From the NCBI RefSeq assembly GCF_009914755.1, contig NC_060947.1: 64,000 nt of DNA. The stretch is one strand, 5' to 3'. Under the pieces are notes generated by a model. The model did not search any database. It was given only the letters and a program-made list of their open reading frames with translations, and had not been told where the DNA came from. Positions within the stretch are counted from its first letter, which is position 1. Each line of letters starts with the position of its first letter. A program made the translations under genes and the position numbers. This stretch comes from the human T2T-CHM13v2.0 reference genome, Homo sapiens. Positions 55,626 to 64,000 of the stretch are shown here, in pieces.

Positions 55626-56268
55626 TATAAGCTAATAATAAAACTTAAGCCCCTCAACCATATCAATGGACCCCTCTTCTTGGTCAATTGCATTCCAAAG
55701 TCAACCTGAAAAACCAGTTCAGGCCATGATGAGTAGGGAGAGTCAGACATGCCTCAGTGTGCCCTCCTCCCTTTTGGAATTCAGTACATCTGACCAGCAT
55801 TAACATCAACACAGAGACTGATAGAACAGACTCTTTAAGTCTGGTAACAAACATTTACTATTTATTATTACTGATGTCTACTATCTGGAGGCTTCATCTG
55901 CATGATAAAACCTTGGTCCCCATAATGGCTTATCATAACCCAGACACTCTTTTCTATTGATTCCAGGTCTTTAGAAAATATCTCCTTCAACCAATTGCCA
56001 AGCAGAAAATATTTGAATCCACCTATGACCTGAAAGCCCCTGCTTCCAGTTGTCCCACCTTTCCAGACCAAACCAATGTATGTCTTACATGCATTGATTG
56101 ATGTCTTTTGTCTCTCCAACACGTATAAAACCAAGCTGTAGCCTGGCCACCTTGGGCACATGTTCTTACAGTCTCCTGAAGGCTGTGGCATAAGCCATTG
56201 GTCACTCACATTTGGCTCAAAATAAATATCTTCAAATATTTTATAGAGTTTGACTCTTTTTGTCAACA
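55626..56268 (+). mobile_element. MER4B-like solo LTR
   Basis: cattccaaagtcaacctgaaaaaccagttcaggccatgatg...tttgtcaaca, perfect TSD AAAC. Confidence 0.9.
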
Positions 56269-56843
56269 AAACCCTAGAAATAATTTTAAAAAGCAACTAC
56301 CTGAGTTATTGAGAGTGAAAAGAGGCAGAAAGACTCATATAGGGGATGTACCATGGATGAGGGCAGATAGAGAACTCAGTTCATGCCTCCAGGGCCTAGG
56401 GCTAATTACAGTCTATAGTATTCCACTGTGAAGGGAAGATGTGAATCTGAGGAAGCCTAAGAGAATGGAGGAATTTTGGTAGAAAAAGAGCCACAAAGGG
56501 GATCCCTAAACATGGTTTACTCACATCTCTATTAAGGCAATTGAAACATTAACAGGCAGACCAGATTTTAATAAACCTAAATAAAGACATAAAAACAGAA
56601 ATTTGAAGGGAGTTGGAAGTACTGGATAAGAATCCGTATGTGAAACTAATGAAGCAAATAAAAAAAGAGCCAACCTACTAAAACAAGAAATAGAATATTC
56701 GTTAGAGAAACATAATTAAAAAATAAAAATAATAATGACAATAAATAAATCCAGAAACTAGACAACTTAACATCTGTAATATCATATTACCCAATATATG
56801 AAGAACCAAGAAAACAGCACACTGTCTTAAAGAAAATAAAATC

Positions 56844-57075
56844 ACAGCTTGGGCAACATAGTGAGATCCTGTCTCCACAAAATAAAATAATAAGTTAGCT
56901 AGGCACGGTGGCACACACATGTATTCCCAGCTGCTCAGGAGGCTGAGGTAGGAGGATTGCTTGAGCCCAGGAGGTCAAGGCTACAGTGGCTGCAGTAAGC
57001 TATGGTTGAGCCACTATTCTTCAGCCTACTTGACAGAGCGAGACCATGTCTCAAAACAAAACAAACAGAAAAAAT
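56844..57075 (+). mobile_element. AluJ, 5'-truncated
   Basis: ggattgcttgagcccaggaggtcaaggct, A-rich tail. Confidence 0.9.
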
Positions 57076-57229
57076 TCACAGTGAATTCTGACCTTAAGAT
57101 GAACAACGTATTAAAAGTAACAGACAAGGATTTAAAAATGTCTATTAAGACTATCCTTAGTGAAGCAAAACAAAATATTTTTTGACATATAAAAACCTTA
57201 GCAAAAAACTAGTCTTAGCAGAGCAATCA

Positions 57230-58440
57230 CTTGAAATAAAAAAATAGTTATAAGTTGGTATACTAATAGAGAAGAGAAAAGAGAATTCCATAAAATGCTC
57301 AATTAAAACAAGAGAAGCCAGAAAATAAATGAAAAATTAAATAAATACATAAATGGAAATAAATAGAAAACATATAGATAATTCAAGTATACCAATAATT
57401 ACTTTAAATGTTAAAGGTCTAAATGCACCAATTAAAGAACAGAAAATGTCAGATTTAATAAAGAAAAAATGACCAGCATATATATTGCCTACAAGAAATC
57501 CACTTTAAATATGAAAACAGATAAATTGAAAGTTAAAAAATTGAGAAAGATATACAATGCTGAAATACTCACAGGAAATATGGAGTAGTTATAATAACAA
57601 AGCAGGCTTCAGTGCATGGAAAATTATCAGCGATAATGTGAGGCATTACATAAACAGAGCAATCTTCCAAGAAGACATGATAATCCTCAATGTGTATGCA
57701 CCTAAGAAAAATGTGTCAAAACACATAAGATCAAACTGGTAGAACTGCAAGGTGAAATAGAAAAAATCATTATTGTATGTGGAGACACAAACACAAAATC
57801 AGTGGAACACAGAAATAGACACTTCTTTGATCAGAACAACACTATATTTACTTTGATTTAGTTGATATTTAAATAGCATACATCTGGTAAGTATGGTATA
57901 TATTATTTCTAAGTACACGTGTTTTATTTTATTAGTATAGATCATATACTGGCAATGAAACAAGGATCAATAAATGTAAAAAGATTAAAATCTGAAAGAG
58001 TCTATTATTTTGCCAAAATGAAATAAATTAGAAATGAATTATAATATAAAAAGAAAAATTGCAATTATTTGAAAATTAAAGAACACAATTTTAAATAATC
58101 TCTGGGTGAAAGAATAAATCAAACAAATAAATTAGGAAGTATTTTGAAATGACAAAATTATAATAAAATGTATTTAAAATTTGTGGAATGCAACTAAAAC
58201 AGCACTTATTAGGAATTTTCTAGCTTTAAATGCCTATATAAGAAAAGAATAATAATAAAAGTATTAAAAACCAGTGATCTAAACTTCCACCTTGAAAAAT
58301 TAGAAAAGAATCACAAATTAAACAAGCAAAAAAAGAATATTAAAAAAGGGCATAGATCGATGAACTAGAAAACAAGCAAAAGCAATACAGAAAACCAATG
58401 AAACCAAAAGATGGTTCCTTTAAAAATGAATTAAATTTAT
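57230..58440 (+). mobile_element. L1M ORF2 endonuclease-region remnant
   Basis: actttaaatgttaaaggtctaaatgcaccaattaaa; IILNVYAP in ORF 57557-57742. Confidence 0.8.
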
Positions 58441-60318
58441 ATCTCCTCAATATCAGAAAATATTGATTTTTCTGTTATTTTCTCTCTAGGTGAAATTTTA
58501 TGTCCTATTTTCCTTTCACTTCACTATAATCCCTTGGGTAAGTGAGTAAGGGTGTAAGAAAGATACTGGCTTTAAAAAACTTAAAATATAAAATATTTCA
58601 GAAATATTATGCTCGTTGAACTAGTATTTGCTTGTGTAAGTACAGAAAATGATACATACCAAAAAGTTAATTTTAGTAATCTTGGCAGGAGAGCATTGGA
58701 AGTTAGAGAAGCTATTGGCACCGCTAGTATATGACCTTTATACATCTCTTTATGTTTTCAATGGCTACAACAAGCATACAGTACTTTTGTAGTTTAAAAG
58801 TATAAAATTAAATACATATATGCATATATTCTAATTTTATAGTTTAATGCGTTAACATTAAACATAATAATTAGACTTTAAGGAAGCTTCAGCTAAGAAG
58901 ATTAAAATGTTAAAGATTAATGATCATATGAAAAAATATCTGAGTGAAAACTATTATGTGAAAGTCATCAAAACAAATAGACAATAAATTATTATGCTAT
59001 TTTCTTAAAATACTTTTTATCTGTGACTCTCAGATTTAAAAAAAGCAGGAAATAGTCATTTGAATTTTAACTTAGTTAACCTAAAATTTCTCTTGGGATA
59101 AATTGTAAATGAACTGTGGCTGTTTTAACTGTAAATAAAACAAAGGACATTTATAAATCTAAGTTTTTTCTAATTAAATGACAATAGAAGATATAGTAAA
59201 AAGATAAATTATAAAATACTATATTAGTTGGACAAACCAGGTTTTGTTAAAATAGATGTAAATATTTATCAAATATCATAAGCTAAAAAAGGAATGATTA
59301 TATTAAAACTGGAGAAAACTAGTATATATAAAATGTTGATTAATATTTTTAAGAAAAAAAAAGTTGCCTAATTTCTCTGACTTTTCCCTTTTTAGACTCC
59401 AACTTGTATCAGCTAGAATACATAGCTGACCCTCATCCAGTTGAAATTGTTTGCTAAGCATGAGAGCATATTGCATCTTTGAAGGTTGAATTTTTGTTTC
59501 TGCAAGGAAACACAACTTTTAGTTTGACATTCTTATTCTAAAAACACAATTTATTCAATAACAATATCAAGGTCGATAATTTAACCACCATGCTTTTCTT
59601 TACTACATAGTTTTTTTTTTGCTTTACAAGCATTGAAGTATTTTACAAACATTAAGTATGTTAAAAACAAACACCCAGTATGTAACCTACCTTTTATGTT
59701 GTCTTTTGGAGAATTTGTATGCATGGCTGGAAAGGTTGCAATTCTTCATGTATATATTTAGTGAAGTTTGGTATGCATTTGTATTTTTACCCATTAGCAA
59801 ATATAGGGATATTTCATAGTTCCAAGGATCTTCAAATGGCATTCAAGTTTAGAACTATATAATTTAAAAATATTATTATTCAGTGTGCAGGAATGACTGA
59901 ATACCATATAATGTTAATGCTATGGAAAGTTAAATATTTATGGAACCATTGATGTCTATATTTTCCTCACTTACCAATTTATTCAGCATGGTCTCAGGGA
60001 AGTTTCAGTTAGGCAACAGGGTTCTAGTTTTAGGACATTGAGGTTAAGTTTTCTTAATGAAAAGAAACGTAATAAAAGTAGAAGCATATACACAGAACTA
60101 TCTAAGTTAGGAAACATCTGTACTATTTTGTGTTTCTGCTATATTTTATGTATAATTGCTTAAAATTCACCTATGAGAAAGGTATATGTTAGAACAATAA
60201 AGTGCATCTCAGGTAACCATTTCAAACTTACAAAATATGAAGACATTTTTCAAGAAGGAAAGTGTTTAAAGTCTTGTCAATCCAATTCTTACAAAACTAG
60301 GAAAATTATAGCAAGCAT

Positions 60319-60624
60319 CTTTTTTTTTTTTTTTTTTTTTTTGACACAGAGTCTCACTTTGTTGCCCAGGCTGGAGGGCAGTGGCGAGATCTCGGCTCAC
60401 TGCAGCTTCCTCCCCCTGGGTTTAAGTGATTCTCCTGCCTCAGCCTCCCCAAGTAGCTGGGACTACGGGCGCACACCACCATGCCTGGCTAATTTTTGTA
60501 TTTTTGGTAGACACGGGGTTTTCCATGTTGCCTAGGCTGGTCTCAAAATCCTGACCTCAGGTGATCTGCCCACCTCGGCCTCCCAAAGTGCTGGGATTAC
60601 AGGCATTAGCCACCATGCCCAGCC
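60319..60624 (-). mobile_element. AluS SINE
   Basis: Poly(T) tail, full dimer, TSD aagcatctt/aagcttctt. Confidence 0.96.
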
Positions 60625-60819
60625 AAGCTTCTTCTATAAAACTTTTCTTGGCAGTATTATTTTTGCCTTATCAATATAAGGAACCCTGCCATTTAAATAA
60701 ACATAAAAATAAATGAAGTCAAGAAAAATATAAATGTATTAATGGCCTTATTATTTTTAGTTCAAATAACTTTATCTAAGTGCTTTCTTACACTAACATA
60801 CACATTTATACACATACAC

Positions 60820-61236
60820 TGTATTAGTCCATTCTCACATTACTATAAAGTAATACCTGAGACTGGGTAATTTATTTTAAGAAAAGAGGTTTAATTGGCT
60901 CATGATTCTGCAGGCTGTACAGGAAGTGTAGTGGTTTCTGCTTCTAGGGAGTCCTCAGGAAGCCTCCAATTATGGCAGAAGGCAAAGGGGCAGCAAGGCA
61001 TCCCATGGCCACAGCAACAAGAGAGAGAGCGGGAAGTGGAGAGGTACTACACACTTTTAAACAACCAGATCTCGTGAGAACTCACTATCATAAGAACAGC
61101 ACCAAGGGGGTGGTGCTAAACCTTTCATGAAGAACAGCTCTATGATCCGATCACTTCCCACCAAGCCCTACCTCCAACATTGAGGATTACAATTCAACCT
61201 GAGATTTGGGAGGGGACACAGATCCAAACCATATCA
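60820..61236 (-). mobile_element. MSTA MaLR solo LTR
   Basis: tgtattagtcc...ctgcaggctgtacaggaag...atccaaaccatatca. Confidence 0.9.
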
Positions 61237-62239
61237 TATACACTGGTATAGTTTACATAGACACATTAACCCTACTCTGCAAATGACTTGAAAATAATGG
61301 CATCAGTGAATCTTTACATCTATACCCTCTATTTCTATATACATTATAGGGAAGTATTCTCCCCTACAAAACAGTGATCAGTTTACTGATAAATGACTTC
61401 TATAACTATTAAAGTGATTATTAATTAAAATTTTAAAAGCACTTCATATTTTCCAAATAATTCTCTAGGATTTCCCTTCCATATTCTTCTATACCATGTT
61501 GGAAGTAGTCTTTCATTCATGTTTAACCTCTCTAGGAACAATTTAAAAAACCTCCAAAAACTAATATTTTAAGGTTATCTCAAATCACATATGCATAGAA
61601 ACAGTCTTATCTCTTTGTGTAATTTTTTCTTCTATTAGGAAATGTCATTTTTTTAAAAGTGAAATTACATTCTGGATATTTTATATTATATATAGTTTAA
61701 TAAGGGTCTGGTGATGTTATATATCAAATTCATCAAAAAAGAAATCTAAAAGCTTAACTTCTTGATATATTTTCCTCTCAATGTTTCATTTTTCTTTTTT
61801 TATAATCTCTCTTTTTACACATCAGATCTCACCCTTTTTCACCTTTTTCACATGGCTTTTTATGTCTTTATGTTAATAGAGTTATTGGATTATGCAAATT
61901 GTGAATATATGCCAACTAATATTAAATATGTGATTGAAACTGTCTTTGAATAGACTAAGTTTCACCAACAAAATATATCATAACTATTTTATCCAGTGAG
62001 ATCAAATAGTATATCTTTAAAATATATAGACATTTATTATTGTCTGTTTACTCAGCTTTATTATCAGTATATTTTGAATGAAAACTATTCTCCATGGTGA
62101 AAGAAATTTTATCTGCCTTGACTTCTATCAAATTCTCAGAACAGAGAACACTCACGTAATCTGTTGACATGAAAGGACAAAAGAGTAGAGAAAATAGATT
62201 GAAAAGTTCAATGAGTAGCAAAAAATATGCTTACCACTC

Positions 62240-64000
62240 TAAAGTAGCCCATTCTTATACTGCTATGAAAAAACATCTGAGACTGGGTAATTTATAAAGA
62301 AAAGAAGTTTAATTGACTCACAGTTTTGCTGGCTGGGGAGGCCTCAGGAAACTTACAATCATGGTGGAAGACACATCTTCACAGGGTGGCAGGAGAGAGA
62401 ATGAGTGCTGAGTGAAGGGGGAAGCCCCTTAAAAAATCATAAGATCTCATGAGAACTCACTCACCATCATGAAAACAGCATGGGGGTAACTACCCCCATG
62501 ATTGAATTATCTCCACATGGTCCCACCCTTGACATATGAGGATTATGACACTTCAAGGTGAGATTTGGGTGGGGAAACAGAGCCAAACCATATCACTCTG
62601 CCCCTAGCCCCTCCCAAATATCATGTCCTGACATTTGAAAACACAATCATGCCCTTCCAATAGTCCCCCCAAATCTTAATCCATTCCAGCATTAACCCAA
62701 AAGTCCAAGTCCAAAGTCTCATCTGAGACAAGGCAAGTCCCTACTGCCTATGAGCCTGGAAAATCAAAAGCAAATTAGTCACTTCCTAGATACAATGGGG
62801 GTACAGGAGTGGGATAAATACACCCATTCCAAATGGGAGAAATTGGCCTAAGCAAAGGGGTACAGGCCCCCATGGAAGTCTGAAATCCAACAAGGCAGTC
62901 AATAAAGTTCCAAAGTGATCTCCTTTGACTCCATGTCTCACATCCAGGTCATGCTGATGCAAGAGGTGGGCTCTCATGGCCTTGGGCAGCTCCTCCCCTG
63001 TGACTTTGCTTGGTACAGTCCCACTTGTGGCTGCTTTCACAGGCTACCATTGAGTGTCTGCAGCTTTTCCAGGTGCACGGTGTAAACTGTTGGTGGATCT
63101 ACCATTCTGGGGTCTGGAGGATGGTGGCCATCTTCTCACAGGTCCATTATGCAGTACCCCAGGGGGACTTTGTGTGGGGGCTCCAACCCCACATTTCCCT
63201 TTTGCAGTGCCCTAGCAGAGGTTACCCATGAGTGCTCTGCCCCCACAGAAAACTTCTGCCTGGACATCCAGGCATTTACACACATCCTCTGAAATTTAAG
63301 CAGAGGTTCCCAAACCTCAATTCTTGACATCTTTGCACATGCAGGCTCAACACCAAAGGAAGCTGCCAAGGCTTGAGGCTTGCATCCCCTGATGCAATGG
63401 CCTGAGTTGTACCTTGGCACCTTTTAGCCATGCTGCAGCAGATGAGACACAGCACCAAATCCTGAGGCTGCACACTGCAGGGGGAATCTGGACCTGGTCC
63501 AGGAAATCACTTTTCCCTCCTAGGCCTCCAGGCCTGTGATGAGAGGGGCTTCCCTGAAGGTCTCTGGCATGTCCTGGAGACATTTTCCCTATTGTCTTGG
63601 CAATTAGCATTTGGCTCCTCATTACTTATGCAAATTTATGCAGCTGCCTTAAATTTCTCCCCAGTAAATAGTTTATTCTTTTCTATCACATTGTCAAGCT
63701 TCAAATTTTCCAAACTTTTATGCTCTGCTTCCTCTTGAATGTTTTGCCACTTAGAAATTTATTCTGCCAGATACCCTAAATCATCTCTCTCAAGTTCAAA
63801 GTTCTACAGATATCTAGGGTAGGGGCAAGATGCCACCAGTCTCTTTGCATAGCAGGAATGACCTTTGCTCCAGTCCCCAACAAGTTCCTCATCTCCATCT
63901 GAGACCACCTCAGCATGGACTTCATTGTCCATATCACTATCAGCATTTTGGTCAAAGCCATTCAACAAGTCTCTAGGAAGTTTCAACCTTTCCCACATCG
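62240..64000 (-). mobile_element. THE1 (THE1C/D-like) LTR (to 62595) plus internal region, cut by the window end
   Basis: Homologous to 25707-27480; peptide LPRDLLNGFDQNADSDMDNE. Confidence 0.93.

Noticed and set aside
55868-56296. 142-aa ORF
   Set aside because: Antisense translation of a MER4 LTR

Overview
Primate (simian, probably hominoid) nuclear DNA, judged from AluY, AluS, AluJ, THE1 and L1PA elements. It is AT-rich and dominated by interspersed repeats, and I cannot recognise any intact host protein-coding gene, RNA gene or CRISPR array. Almost all six-frame ORFs are by-products of repeats. The main element is a defective minus-strand ERV3/HERV-R-like (class I) provirus at ~42213-50669: 5' LTR, tRNA-Arg PBS, gag, pro-pol and env SU; TM and the 3' LTR are missing. 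It carries an in-frame 3 x 108-bp repeat in the capsid region and breaks off right after the Env furin site. Other content: a rearranged ERVL/MLT2 element, a MER39-type provirus, full and solo THE1/MST elements, many ERV1 solo LTRs in a nested stack, two L1PB-like copies lacking most or all of ORF2, and DNA-transposon MITEs. Subfamily names come from my memory of consensus sequences and need RepeatMasker/Dfam confirmation. I found no convincing new biological system. The findings are structural oddities and weak candidate exons or enhancers.
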